Source: a virus. From it: DNA of 64,000 nucleotides. Under the pieces are notes generated by a model. That model was not told where the DNA came from. It searched no databases and saw only the letters and a list, made by a program, of their open reading frames with translations. Location: positions 1 through 64,000 of IMG/VR virus record IMGVR_UViG_3300038468_000223, one strand, 5' to 3'. Numbering within the stretch: the first letter of the stretch is position 1; each line of letters starts with the position of its first letter. Below are positions 47,118 through 57,332 of this stretch, in pieces. A program made the position numbers and the translations under genes.

Positions 47118-48265
47118 TTCGGCACGATCTCCCGAAGCTCCTGCCTGGTGTCCTTCTCGATGCACCCGCGCGACCGCAGGTCGGCGATGAGCTGCTGCCC
47201 GTCGACGCGACCGAGCGCGCGCTCGATCGAAGCCTTCGAGAGGTTGTCGCGCTGGCTCTCGACGATGGCCAGCTCCTTGCCGTTGCTCAGCTCGATCGGA
47301 CCGTTCATCTGGACCCACCGCATGATGCGCTGGCGCCGCTTCTCGAGCGCCTTGTCGAGCGCGCGGGAGATCTCGTAGACGCGGCGCACGCTCTCGCTGC
47401 TGTTCGCGTCGCTGAGGACGTCATCCATCCCCGTGGGGCCGACGATGGCGGGGCAGATCTCGTTGGCCGGGCAGTACTTGCAGTGCGCGCCGGGCCGCAT
47501 CGCCGGCGTCTTGGAGTAGACCCGTACGAGCGCCTGCTTCAGGTGCCTGCGGTGCTTCGCCCACCGCTCCGCCCCGACCTCCGCGACGTCGGGCTCGATG
47601 AACTCGTCGTCGACGCGGAAGATCGCGTTCACGCTGCGCCCGTCCCGCGCGTCCCAGACGCGCGAGAGGCCGAGCGACAGCGTGTCGAGCTGCTTGTTGG
47701 TCTTGGCCTCGTAGACGCTGCTGCCCGTCTTCCAGTCCGCGGTGAACAGGAGGCTCCCCTCGTTGACGACCGCCGCCATGTCGAGCTGCCCCGGGATCTC
47801 GGTCGCCCGGCGCGCGGAGTAGTCGCGCGAGCCCGTCCCTTCGAGGAAGCGCGCCTCGTCCCTGAAGGGGTCGTAGGCGAGCTTCTTCTCGGTGACGAGC
47901 GGGATCCCATCCCAGCCGCGGTCCGCGAGGAACCCGCGCAGGAACTCCGTCGCCCTGCGGTAGTAGTCGTAGAGCCGGCCGGGCTCCACCCGGTGACCGA
48001 CCGCGATCTTCTCGATGGCCGATCGCCTGAGCCTCCCGTAGGCCGCGAACCCGCCCGCCACGTGCCGCTCCATCGCGAGGTGGAACGCCACGCCGAAGCG
48101 CGGCGCGTCGGCCAGGAGCTTCGGGTCGCGGGTGCCGAGCGGGTCGTTGGGATCAGGAGGGATCTTGACGTCGGGCCCTGCCCACCACTGGCACTCGAGC
48201 AGGAGGTCCGTCTTGCTGGCGCTTGCGTGATGCCGCGGGACGGTACCCGCCACCGTTGGTTTCAT
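47114..48265 (-). CDS. PD-(D/E)XK exonuclease (RecB/Cas4-like recombination nuclease)
   Basis: SAS, GVAFH, GQLD, DWKTG, CKYCP...CP. Confidence 0.85.
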   Translation of the reverse strand: MKPTVAGTVPRHHASASKTDLLLECQWWAGPDVKIPPDPNDPLGTRDPKLLADAPRFGVAFHLAMERHVAGGFAAYGRLRRSAIEKIAVGHRVEPGRLYDYYRRATEFLRGFLADRGWDGIPLVTEKKLAYDPFRDEARFLEGTGSRDYSARRATEIPGQLDMAAVVNEGSLLFTADWKTGSSVYEAKTNKQLDTLSLGLSRVWDARDGRSVNAIFRVDDEFIEPDVAEVGAERWAKHRRHLKQALVRVYSKTPAMRPGAHCKYCPANEICPAIVGPTGMDDVLSDANSSESVRRVYEISRALDKALEKRRQRIMRWVQMNGPIELSNGKELAIVESQRDNLSKASIERALGRVDGQQLIADLRSRGCIEKDTRQELREIVPK

Positions 48266-48596
48266 CTTTCCCCTTTTGTGTGACTGCTGCGACTGCTACT
48301 GCGCGGACCCAGACGCTCGGCAGCACCTTCTCCTCCGCCGCGGCGCGCTGGATGAAGTCGGCTTCCTCGGGCGCGAAGCGGATGGAGAGGGGCTTGCCCA
48401 AGCCGTGGGCTGTGTCGTAATGCAGAGGTGGACATGCCGCGCCCCTCAGCACCCGACCGGCACGCAGCATCACCGTCTCGCGGATCCAGGCGGAGACGGT
48501 GAGCCCGTCTTGGGCAGCGCGCATGGTAACCGCGCTCAGGTCTTCAGGCTTGAACCTGATGTTCGGTTTCCAGGGGGCGGCGGGGGTGGCACTCAT
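48153..48596 (-). CDS. Tandem ribbon-helix-helix-like regulator
   Basis: Two IRF.PE....AA...SAW(I/V)R units. Confidence 0.55.
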   Translation of the reverse strand: MSATPAAPWKPNIRFKPEDLSAVTMRAAQDGLTVSAWIRETVMLRAGRVLRGAACPPLHYDTAHGLGKPLSIRFAPEEADFIQRAAAEEKVLPSVWVRAVAVAAVTQKGKDETNGGGYRPAASRKRQQDGPPARVPVVGRARRQDPS

Positions 48597-48637
48597 CTGT
48601 TGGACGGCAGTCTAGCAAGATACCGCAGCGAGGGGAA

Positions 48638-49705
48638 ATGGATAAGGTCACACCCATCAGGCGCACCGACGGCCCCGTGATCGGCAAGTCGAAGGCGCAG
48701 ATGCAGACGTCGTACGTCGAGGCTTACACAGTGGAGGGAGGGTCGCTCCTCGGGGCCTCCACCGAGTGCGAGTTCCTCGTGGCGGGGGCGCTCCCGGTCG
48801 GCAACTTGGTCCTCATGTCCGGCGAGAGTGGCGGCGGCAAGTCCTGGTGCGCCTACGACCTCGCGCGCGCGGTGGCGACGGGCACGAAGTGGCTCCACCG
48901 CAGCAAGTCGGTGCAGGGTGCACAGCGCGTCCTGATCCTCAACTACGACAACCCGACGCCCACGCTCCAATCACGCCTGGTCCGACTCGGCTTCACCGCA
49001 GAGATGCCGTTCCGTGTGATGACGCTCGGCCACACCAAGCCGATCGACGGCCTCCCGGAGATCCTCACGCTCCCGTCGAACCGCCGGCACCTGCGCCACA
49101 TCGTTCACGGCTACCAACCGGCGCTCATCCTGGTCGACTCGTTCCGGCAGCTCCACGAGCTGGACGAGAACGACAGCAAGGAGATGAAGGCGATCATGTC
49201 CACCCTGAAGGAGTGGACCACGGTCAACAAGTGCGTCGTCGTGATCATCCACCACACGAGCAAGAGCGGCGGCGGTCGATGGGAAGCGCAAGCGCGCGGC
49301 TCCGGCGAGATCATCAGCTCGGCGGGCGTCGTGATCGAGGTGCGCAAGGCCGAGGCGAAGAACATCTCCGGCGTCGCCGGCACCCTGCACTGGAGCAAGC
49401 ACCAGGCTTGGGCCATCGGCCAGACGCGCGAATGTGCCTTCGAGATCATCGACGAGGACGATCGCGAGGGCAGCCACACGATCGTGCGCGCGACCTCCGC
49501 GCTGCCCGGCGAGATCGACATGATCCAAGAGGAGAAGATCCACAAGGCCATCGTCGAAGCCGGACGTCCCGTCACGCGAGAGCAGCTCTACATCATCCTG
49601 AAGGGCACGCCCAAACCGGTCGTGAACCGCGCGCTCAACAAGCTACTGGCACGACAGGAGCTGGTCTACCGACACAAGCCGAGTCGAACGTACGCAGTTC
49701 GATGA
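48638..49705 (+). CDS. RepA/AAA_25-type replicative helicase
   Basis: GESGGGKS Walker A, ILVDSF, DENDS, IHHTSK, RGSG. Confidence 0.85.
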   Translation: MDKVTPIRRTDGPVIGKSKAQMQTSYVEAYTVEGGSLLGASTECEFLVAGALPVGNLVLMSGESGGGKSWCAYDLARAVATGTKWLHRSKSVQGAQRVLILNYDNPTPTLQSRLVRLGFTAEMPFRVMTLGHTKPIDGLPEILTLPSNRRHLRHIVHGYQPALILVDSFRQLHELDENDSKEMKAIMSTLKEWTTVNKCVVVIIHHTSKSGGGRWEAQARGSGEIISSAGVVIEVRKAEAKNISGVAGTLHWSKHQAWAIGQTRECAFEIIDEDDREGSHTIVRATSALPGEIDMIQEEKIHKAIVEAGRPVTREQLYIILKGTPKPVVNRALNKLLARQELVYRHKPSRTYAVR

Positions 49706-50199
49706 GGACATGGCAGCAGCTCCTCTACGCGTCGAGATTGGAAGACATCGAGCGTCTCTCCCGCTTCGTCGGCGTGTCGCACACGACACCCAAACACGGT
49801 GAGTCCTACTCGGCCTACAAGCATCGAGTGATCCAGAAGCTCCTGCGCTTCATGTCGGCCGAACGCCGACGAGAGGCTAAACTCGAGGCATGCAAGACGC
49901 CGAAGACCCGCCCACCCACCGAGACTCCGGCTCACTCTCGGTCTTCGAGAACACCGCCGCCGAAGCGCTGACCACCCTCGAAGAGTTCTCCCTCGACGAG
50001 GAGGGCCACGAGCTGATGCACGAGGCGCGGGAGCTGGCCACCATCTTCGCCGCGTGGCGCTCGCTCCCCCCGAGCCCGGAGGACCGGACCGTCGCCATCA
50101 CGCGCGTGATGACCCTGCACCGCAGCGTGGGCGAGTACGTCGTGCGGCGGCGCGCTCGACTCACCCACCAGTGACCCCCGTCGTTCGGCGGTGCCACTA

Positions 50200-50830
50200 C
50201 GCAAATAGTTCAAGATCGGCCCCTCAAACTCGATGCAGACTGCACCGGATCACGTGCAGGCTGCACGGATGCAGCATGCACGCACGTCGCGGTTGACATG
50301 CGCGATCTCCGCGAAAATCGCGGGGTGAGCGGCTGCATGTTGCATCCATTCGCGTGCGTGATGCACGAAGAACTGGTCGAGTAACTTGAGTAAGGGTGCG
50401 ATCTACTCTCATGCCTACATTTCCCCCCCAAAATTCGGGAAAAAGCATGCAGAGTGCACGACAGTGATCTCGCGTACTTAGGGCGCCAAAAAAGCGTGCA
50501 CTATGCAGCACCCCATTTCTCGCGATCGGGACCCGATTCGGCTGCCCCTCGCGAGATCGTTCGACTTTTTCACTGAAGCGCAGTTCAGTGGTCGGGGTCG
50601 CGGAGGGGGGGTCCGACCCACGAAACCCACTTTTGCCCGAGAAAAGCTGGGTGCGGCAGATCGCTAAACCCGGCCCAAATGCCGCTTTTCCAGACCCCCC
50701 TGCACCCTCACCGAACCTCTTTATTTCTGCTGGATCGGTTGCCTCAAACCCTGGTGCTTCCTCACCCCCGGGCCCCCCCTATAAGGGGGCCCGTGGGAGC
50801 CCGGATGGACCACCTGGTTGCCTGGGGATG
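50200..50830. other. Non-coding region, candidate replication origin
   Basis: About a dozen TGCA motifs in 50230-50510, A/T runs and palindromes, located between replication genes. Confidence 0.45.
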
Positions 50831-50894
50831 CTTTTGCTATGCCGGGCTTGACGCTGCCAACTGCGCTCTGCAACGGCGCGCTCGGTGCGACTCG

Positions 50895-50939
50895 GCCCCC
50901 GCGACCTCCTTCCCCTTGGTCGCGGGGGCTTCTTTCTTT
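50895..50939 (+). terminator. Intrinsic terminator
   Basis: GCCCCCGCGACC / GGTCGCGGGGGC stem followed by TTCTTTCTTT. Confidence 0.7.
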
Positions 50940-51040
50940 GTTGGACGCCTGTCCAGCAAAGAAGGTTGACCTGCTCCGCGGTCGGGCGTAGAAGCGGGTG
51001 ATGGACTCCGGGTCGCGTCCCGGATGAAAGGGGAAAACTG

Positions 51041-51793
51041 ATGCCGTACTCGGTCGCGGACATCCGCGCTCGGCAGTTCTTGCTTCGGATGCTCCTCGTG
51101 GCGCCGCCGAAGCAGGGCAAGAGCACGTGCGCGATCTCGACGTGCCCGAAGCCCTGCTTCGTCCTGAACACGGACGGCAAGGGCGCCTTCGACTACGCCG
51201 TGCTCGCCGGCAAGGTCCAGGAGGGGGAGATGGACGTCGAGGACCTGACGAGCGTCAAGGGGTTCAAGAGAGGTCTTGCGCACGTGCGCGCGAACCCCGA
51301 CAAGTACAAGACGGTGGTCCTCGACAACCTCACCTTCTTCGCCGGGATCGTGGAGGAGGAGGTGCGTCGCGAGACCAAGGGGGAGGACGGGCGCCAGGTC
51401 TACCCGAAGATCGAGCGCATCCTCCTCACCTGCCTGAACGACCTCATCTCGCTCCCGCACCACGTGATCGTGATCGGCCACGTCGATCCGAGCGAGGAGA
51501 AGAAGGCGGCCGGATCGTTCGGACACATCCTGTCCATCTCCGGCAAGGCCAAGATCAAGGTGCCCAGTCTCATGCAGGACTGGGTGTGGCTAGAGGTCTC
51601 GATCGACGAAGATACGGGTCTCGCCAAATACGAGTTCTTGCTCGCTCCAGAAGGACACTGGAAGCAGGCAGTGCGATCGATCAAGACGGATACGAAGCGA
51701 ATGGCTGCGGATGTTTCCAAGTTCATTCGCCTCGCATCGAAACGCGCAGCACCGAAGGCAGCCAAAGAAGCCAATTCGAAGGAGTCGCAATGA
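51041..51793 (+). CDS. AAA_24 / Sak4-like ATPase (single-strand annealing)
   Basis: APPKQGKS, TVVLDNLT, VIVIGH. Confidence 0.8.
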   Translation: MPYSVADIRARQFLLRMLLVAPPKQGKSTCAISTCPKPCFVLNTDGKGAFDYAVLAGKVQEGEMDVEDLTSVKGFKRGLAHVRANPDKYKTVVLDNLTFFAGIVEEEVRRETKGEDGRQVYPKIERILLTCLNDLISLPHHVIVIGHVDPSEEKKAAGSFGHILSISGKAKIKVPSLMQDWVWLEVSIDEDTGLAKYEFLLAPEGHWKQAVRSIKTDTKRMAADVSKFIRLASKRAAPKAAKEANSKESQ

Positions 51794-52602
51794 GCTACGA
51801 CGAGCACGAGGACTACACCGAGGAGATGAACTGGGACGAGGTCGGTACGGTCGTCCCAGAAGGGAAGTACACGCTCGAAGTCGAGAAGGCGTCGTACAAG
51901 CCCACCAAAGACAAGAAGCACATGGCGGTCGTACAGTTCAACATCGTCGCCGCCTACGATCCGGAGAACGAGAAGTACGTCGGCAAGAAGGTGTTCGAGA
52001 ACTTCGTGTTCACGATGACCGCCGCGTTCACCGTGAAGAAGTTCATGCGCGCCGCGCAGCTCGAACAGCCGAAGGTCATCTCGAAGAAGTTTCTCGAGGA
52101 CACGTGGTGTGACGAGGTCCTCGGCGTGCAGGTCGACGCGGAGCTGAAACACGAGACCTTCCAGGGCGACACGCGCGCCAAGGTCAAGCAGTACTTCCCC
52201 GCCGGCACCGCCGAGGAGGAGGTCGACGACGAGGCCGACGACGACAAGGAGAAGAAGAAGTCGAAGCCGGCCGCGCCGACTTCGACGAAGAAGAAGAAGG
52301 AGAAGGAGGAGAAGCCCGCGCCCGAGCCGGAGGACGACGAGGACGACGACGAGGAGGAGGACGACGAGGAGGACGACGAGGAGGACGACGACGAGGAGGA
52401 CGACGACGAGGAGGACGACGACGAGGAGGACGACGAGGAGGAGGAGGAGCCCGCGCCGAAGGCCGCGACCAAGCCGGCGCCCAAGACCGCCAAGAAGTCG
52501 GAGGCGGCGGCGGCGGCACCGCCACCGAAGGCGGCGCCGAAGTCGTCGCCACCGAAGGCGGCGACGAAGAAGGGGGCGAAGACGACGAAGAAGGGGAAGT
52601 GA
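51790..52602 (+). CDS. DUF669-like SSB with long D/E tract and K/A/P-rich tail
   Basis: VPEGKY..V.K......K..M..V.F.I...VFENF; acidic run; AAPK-type repeats. Confidence 0.7.
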   Translation: MSYDEHEDYTEEMNWDEVGTVVPEGKYTLEVEKASYKPTKDKKHMAVVQFNIVAAYDPENEKYVGKKVFENFVFTMTAAFTVKKFMRAAQLEQPKVISKKFLEDTWCDEVLGVQVDAELKHETFQGDTRAKVKQYFPAGTAEEEVDDEADDDKEKKKSKPAAPTSTKKKKEKEEKPAPEPEDDEDDDEEEDDEEDDEEDDDEEDDDEEDDDEEDDEEEEEPAPKAATKPAPKTAKKSEAAAAAPPPKAAPKSSPPKAATKKGAKTTKKGK

Positions 52603-52605
52603 GCC

Positions 52606-53757
52606 ATGGCGTCCGCGGCAGCCCGCTATCTCGACCTCGGTTGGAACGTGATCCCCGTCGACGGCACGACGAAGAAGCCGCTCATCGGCACCTGGAAGGA
52701 GTTCCAGACGCGCCGGGCGGCGCCGGACGAGATCGAGTCGTGGTCGCGGCGGTTCCCCAGCGGGGGGATCGCCGTCATCTGCGGCAAGATCTCCGGCCTG
52801 CTCGTGCTCGACGCCGACGGGGCCGAGGGTGTCGCCGAGGCCGAGAGACGCGGGCTGCCCAAGACGCCCATGGTCAAGACGCCGGGGGGCGGGATGCACA
52901 TCTACTTCAAGCTCCCGCACGGCTTCAACTCTCCCAGCTCCTGCAAGGTCGGCGACAGCCGCAGGCTCGACGTCCGCGGCGACGGCTCGTACGTCGCCGC
53001 GCCGCACACGAAGCGGTCGGACGGCCGGCGCTACGAGTGGGTCGTCAAGCCGTCGACGAAGCTCGCCGACGCGCCAGAGTGGTGGAGGAAGCTGCTCAAG
53101 CAGCGGGACGGCGGCGAGTTGGAGAGGCGGAGGCAGAAGGTTGAAGCTCGAACGTCGGGGCTCCCACTGGTGGGGGCGGGGTTCGAGCGCCTCGACCCCG
53201 TCGTGCGGGGGTGGATCGAGAACGGGCACGACCTCGAGCGGTTCCCGAGCCGCAGCGAGTGCGACTTCGCGGCGGTGATGGCGCTGCTCGCGATCGGGAT
53301 GGAGGACGACGAGATCGAGCGGGTCTTCGCGACCTACCCGATCGGGGAGCGGTACCGCGAGCCGGGGACGGGGGGACCGCGCTACCTCGAGCTGACCATC
53401 CGGACCGCGCGCCGGAAGCTCAAGGCGGTGCGCATCAAGTACGCGGACCTCACGGACTACGAGGCCGACGGCCGCAAGAGCGGGTGCCGGCGCCTGCACC
53501 TCGCGCTCGTCGTCGAGGACGGCGACGACGTCGGGCGGTGGATCAGGACGGGGATCACGGTCCCCAGCGACGGCCGGGAGGCGTGCGCGGCGCGCTGGCA
53601 GCGCCTGTTCGAGGCGCTCGGCGTGCCGCCCATCCCTCCGGGGGAGGTCACGCCGCGCAGCTTCAGCGGCCTGGTCGGACGCACGCTCGTCGTGGAGGTC
53701 GACCGCTCGCGGCAGCAGAACCAGGTGGTCGCGTTTCACAAGGGGAGGTGGCAGTGA
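52606..53757 (+). CDS. Bifunctional primase-polymerase (Prim-Pol)
   Basis: GWNVIPV, KKP, G..SGLLVLDAD, TPGGGMHIYF, DVRGDGSYVAAP; SRSE.DF C-terminal domain. Confidence 0.9.
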   Translation: MASAAARYLDLGWNVIPVDGTTKKPLIGTWKEFQTRRAAPDEIESWSRRFPSGGIAVICGKISGLLVLDADGAEGVAEAERRGLPKTPMVKTPGGGMHIYFKLPHGFNSPSSCKVGDSRRLDVRGDGSYVAAPHTKRSDGRRYEWVVKPSTKLADAPEWWRKLLKQRDGGELERRRQKVEARTSGLPLVGAGFERLDPVVRGWIENGHDLERFPSRSECDFAAVMALLAIGMEDDEIERVFATYPIGERYREPGTGGPRYLELTIRTARRKLKAVRIKYADLTDYEADGRKSGCRRLHLALVVEDGDDVGRWIRTGITVPSDGREACAARWQRLFEALGVPPIPPGEVTPRSFSGLVGRTLVVEVDRSRQQNQVVAFHKGRWQ

Positions 53758-54337
53758 TCGACGTGGTGGTCCTCGACCCCGCCCACCGCGAGATCCTCGT
53801 GCGGGTGATGTGGCGCAAGGGCCTGCGCTTCCTCGAGCTGGCGATCTCGGGCTCCTTCCCCGAGCCGACCAAGGCGGTGTCGGAGAGCACCATCAGGGCC
53901 GCGATGGGCGGCGAGGCGATCGAAAGCCTCGCGGCGGAGAAGATCGCCTACTTCATCAAGGAGCGCGCCGAGCGGACGTAGGTTGGAGTGGAGGAAGTGG
54001 AGGGTGACGCGTGGTGTGGTGCAAGGGGCACCCACAGTGACGAGAAGAAGAAGAAGAAGGAGTGATGGAGGCCCAGCATGGGCTCGCGTCCTCGTACTGA
54101 GTTCGAGTATCGCTGGCATGGTGCGCCGGTGGTGTGGGTCGAGAGCGAGCTGACCATGGTGCACGCCGTTCCCGAGGCGCTCGCTAACGTGACGCCTCTG
54201 CGCGACGTGCACGCAATTTGCGGCAGCTTCATGCGCGGCGAGGTGTCGCTTCGGGATCGATGTTGGGGGATGCCCGTGGAGCCGTGGACGATCATGTGCT
54301 GTGGCCGGTGCGAACGAATGGTGAGGAGGAGGAAGAG

Positions 54338-54961
54338 ATGCTGAACAGCAGCGAGATCAAGACGCTCTGCGAGGAGTCGCACCGCATCGCCGAGGAGCAC
54401 GGCTGGCTCGACACGCCGCGCCCCTTCGGCACCATCATGGCGCTCCTGCACTCGGAGCTGAGCGAGGCGCTCGAGGAGTTCCGCGCCCACCGCGGGCTCG
54501 CCGAGATCTACTACGAGACTACAAAGGGTGAGTGCTCCGAGGCGGAGGCGCCGGAACGTCTCGCGCAGGGCTACAAGTTGAAGCCCTGTGGCATCCCCAT
54601 CGAGCTGGCCGACTTCCTGATCCGCATCGCGCAGGAGATCGAGACGGCCGACTTCACCGGGCGCTTCTGCTCGCTCTTCAACGGGCCGTCGGGCGTGTCG
54701 GTCGGCAAGGGGCTGTACCTCGGGCAGCACGAGTTCGATGCCGGGTTCGACGCGGACCTCCTCCCGAACCTGCACCGGCTCGTGTCGAAGGCCTACGACG
54801 AGGGCAGCTTCAACGTCATCGCGGCGGCCTACCTGCATACCGCCTTCGTGCTCACGGTCCTGTACTGCGACCGCTTCGAGATCGACATCCGCCGCGCGCT
54901 CGAGATCAAGGCGGCGTACAACGAGAAGCGCCCCTACCGCCACGGCGGCAAGGCCTGCTAG
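54338..54961 (+). CDS. MazG-like NTP pyrophosphohydrolase
   Basis: LLHSELSEALEEFR, ELADFLIR, K..YN..RPYRHGGK. Confidence 0.8.
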   Translation: MLNSSEIKTLCEESHRIAEEHGWLDTPRPFGTIMALLHSELSEALEEFRAHRGLAEIYYETTKGECSEAEAPERLAQGYKLKPCGIPIELADFLIRIAQEIETADFTGRFCSLFNGPSGVSVGKGLYLGQHEFDAGFDADLLPNLHRLVSKAYDEGSFNVIAAAYLHTAFVLTVLYCDRFEIDIRRALEIKAAYNEKRPYRHGGKAC

Positions 54962-55529
54962 CCGTGGGGCGCTGGACGCTCATCGCCGAGGCGGCCTACG
55001 AGGCGTTCTGCAAGCGCCTCGATCTAGAGCAGCACGGCCCGGGAGAGGAGTGGTCCGTCCTCCCCCCGGGCGTCCAGGCTGCCTGGGAGGCGGCGGTGGA
55101 GGCCGCCGCCGTCGCGACGAGCAAGGCCGTCCTGCCGCGTTCGAAGTCGAACGCCGTCCTCGAGCGAGCCGTCAAGCGCCTCACCATCTCGCAGCGCAAC
55201 CACGTCTACGCCCTCGCCGTCCGGACCTCGTGGCACACCAGCAGTGTGCCCCGTCGTTCGACTCTGAATGCGCTGCGGCTGCTCGGCTTCGTCTACGTCC
55301 ACAACGACCGCGCGATGTTGACGGCGAAGGGGAGGGCGGCGCACGAACTGCTCAAGAAGACGGATCACTACCCGTCCGTTCGCGCCAGGAGGATGGCGGG
55401 CCAGCCGATCGTCGTCGCGCAACCCGTCGCCGGCTGCGACGGGTCCGGCGAGTACTTCGACGATCCGACTCGAGAAGATGGGCGCGGGGCGAAGAGGCCG
55501 GTGCGATGCCCGGGCTGCCGCGCGTGTTC

Positions 55530-56081
55530 ATGATCCAAGCCACGGAGGAAGCGATGGACAGCAGCAAAGACAACAGCGAACAGGCCAAGCTCGTGACCCG
55601 CCCGGTCGTGTGGGACGGTGCCGTGCGCGTCGTCATCGACGAGCACGCGCTTCAGACGTACACGGCGAGGGGGTGGGTCCTGCTCGATCGCTACGAAGCC
55701 CCCGTGACCGAGCACACGCCGGTGACCGGCGACCGCTACGGAAGCGTCAGCGTCAACGTCGTTTCGAAAACGTACTTCTTGCTCGGCCAAGATCGCGAGA
55801 GCACGATGCGGGCGCTCGCCGACGCCAACGAGGAGCTGCGCCGCGCGGCGAATGCACACAACGGTCGAGCACGCGAAGCCGAGGCGAAGCTCGCAGCCGC
55901 CGAAAAGGCGTTTCAAGAGGAAAAGGCGAGACACCACCGTCTCTTGCAAGACGCCGAGCAAGCGCGACAGATCGCCGTAGAGGAGCGCAAGCGCTCGTGC
56001 AAGATGGAACTCGATCTCGCGAAGGTGCGCGCGCACTTCGGCGAGAAGGCGATGAACGAGGCGTTGGCGGGGAAGAAGTAA
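55530..56081 (+). CDS. Coiled-coil hypothetical protein
   Basis: Coupled ORF. Confidence 0.55.
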   Translation: MIQATEEAMDSSKDNSEQAKLVTRPVVWDGAVRVVIDEHALQTYTARGWVLLDRYEAPVTEHTPVTGDRYGSVSVNVVSKTYFLLGQDRESTMRALADANEELRRAANAHNGRAREAEAKLAAAEKAFQEEKARHHRLLQDAEQARQIAVEERKRSCKMELDLAKVRAHFGEKAMNEALAGKK

Positions 56082-56086
56082 CGGCC

Positions 56087-56629
56087 ATGCGCTTCATCTC
56101 CGTGGACGTCGAGACCGACGGGCCGCTCGTCGGCCGGAACTCGCTGCTCTCCGTCGGGGCCGTGGCGTTTTGCACGGAACACGGCGAACTCGCGTCGTTC
56201 AAGGTCAACCTGAAACGAGCCGGACGGCCGGATCCCGACACGATGAAGTTCTGGGCGGCGCACCCGGTCGCCTTCATTCGCGCGACGTCGGATCAGGAGG
56301 CCCCGCGGACCGCGATGAGGAAGTTCGCGGCCTGGTCGTCCCGCTTCCCCGACGCCGCGTTCGCCGCGTGGCCGGTCGCGTTCGACTACGCGTTCTGCCA
56401 CGCCTACTTCCTGAAGTACCTCGGAGCCGACCCGTTCGGGTACGGCCAGCGAACGATCGACATCTCCTCGTACGCGATGGCGGTGACCGGGCTGCCTCGG
56501 TCCGAGGTCGGGGAGTGGCTCGAGAAGCTGTACCCGATGAAGAACACCCACGACGCGCTCGAGGACGCGCGCGAGCAGGGTCGGGCCTTCCTGCGCCTGC
56601 TCGAGCGCGCGAAGACGGTGGTGCGATGA
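56087..56629 (+). CDS. DEDD 3'-5' exonuclease (Rv2179c-like)
   Basis: SVDVETDG, AFD, THDALEDAREQ. Confidence 0.85.
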   Translation: MRFISVDVETDGPLVGRNSLLSVGAVAFCTEHGELASFKVNLKRAGRPDPDTMKFWAAHPVAFIRATSDQEAPRTAMRKFAAWSSRFPDAAFAAWPVAFDYAFCHAYFLKYLGADPFGYGQRTIDISSYAMAVTGLPRSEVGEWLEKLYPMKNTHDALEDAREQGRAFLRLLERAKTVVR

Positions 56630-56898
56630 ACGACCTGTTCGACGAAGACGACGACCTGTACGCGACGCTCTTCGCGTTGACGTACACCCAGCACGTTGCC
56701 GGCAAGCTGCCGCTCCCCGGGCTTCGTGATCGGATGGGGCGTCTCGAGGCCGCGATCTGCGCCGATCTGCAAGAGCGCAATCGCAGAAAAGGGCTCTGTA
56801 CGTGCCCCTGTCACCTGTCGCCGGGCATGAAGCACGTCGTGCCGTGCTGCGACGGCGGCGGTTTCGGTCGGCCTGGTCGTTCCAAGTAGGAGGTCATC

Positions 56899-57111
56899 AT
56901 GGAAGAAGATCGCATGCTCAAGTGGTTCGCGGTGCCGGCGGCGCCGGAGGGTGTCCTGCCGCAGCCGTTGCTGGACCTATCGCGCACGTTCTCGACGGTC
57001 GCGCATCACCTCTGCAAGGAGATCCGGCCGGGCCCCGAGCGCACCGTCATGCTGCGCAAGCTGCTCGAGGCGAAGGACGCCGCCGTTCGTGCGATGGTGG
57101 ACCCCGGATGA
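56899..57111 (+). CDS. Small phage protein
   Basis: GPERTVMLRKLLEAKDAAVRA, a widespread phage motif. Confidence 0.7.
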   Translation: MEEDRMLKWFAVPAAPEGVLPQPLLDLSRTFSTVAHHLCKEIRPGPERTVMLRKLLEAKDAAVRAMVDPG

Positions 57112-57332
57112 CGTTCGAGTGCGATCACTGCGGTGGACCGGCCTACGACGGCGACCTGAGCGACGCCGTCGAGGGCGCCACGCGACCGTGCCTGTCGTGC
57201 GGGTTCCCTGGACGGCTCGTGTGGGACGCGGAGACGCCTGCCGAGTGGTCTACCAACCATGACCTGCACGCCGTCTGCTTCGACGGCGACTGCGTGCAGT
57301 GTAGACGCGACAGCGAACAGGAAGGTCCGAAG

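Noticed and set aside
47114-48265. Cas4-like nuclease as the CRISPR adaptation gene
   Set aside because: It is 40 kb from the array, in a replication/recombination module, with no cas1/cas2; it is better read as a phage exonuclease.
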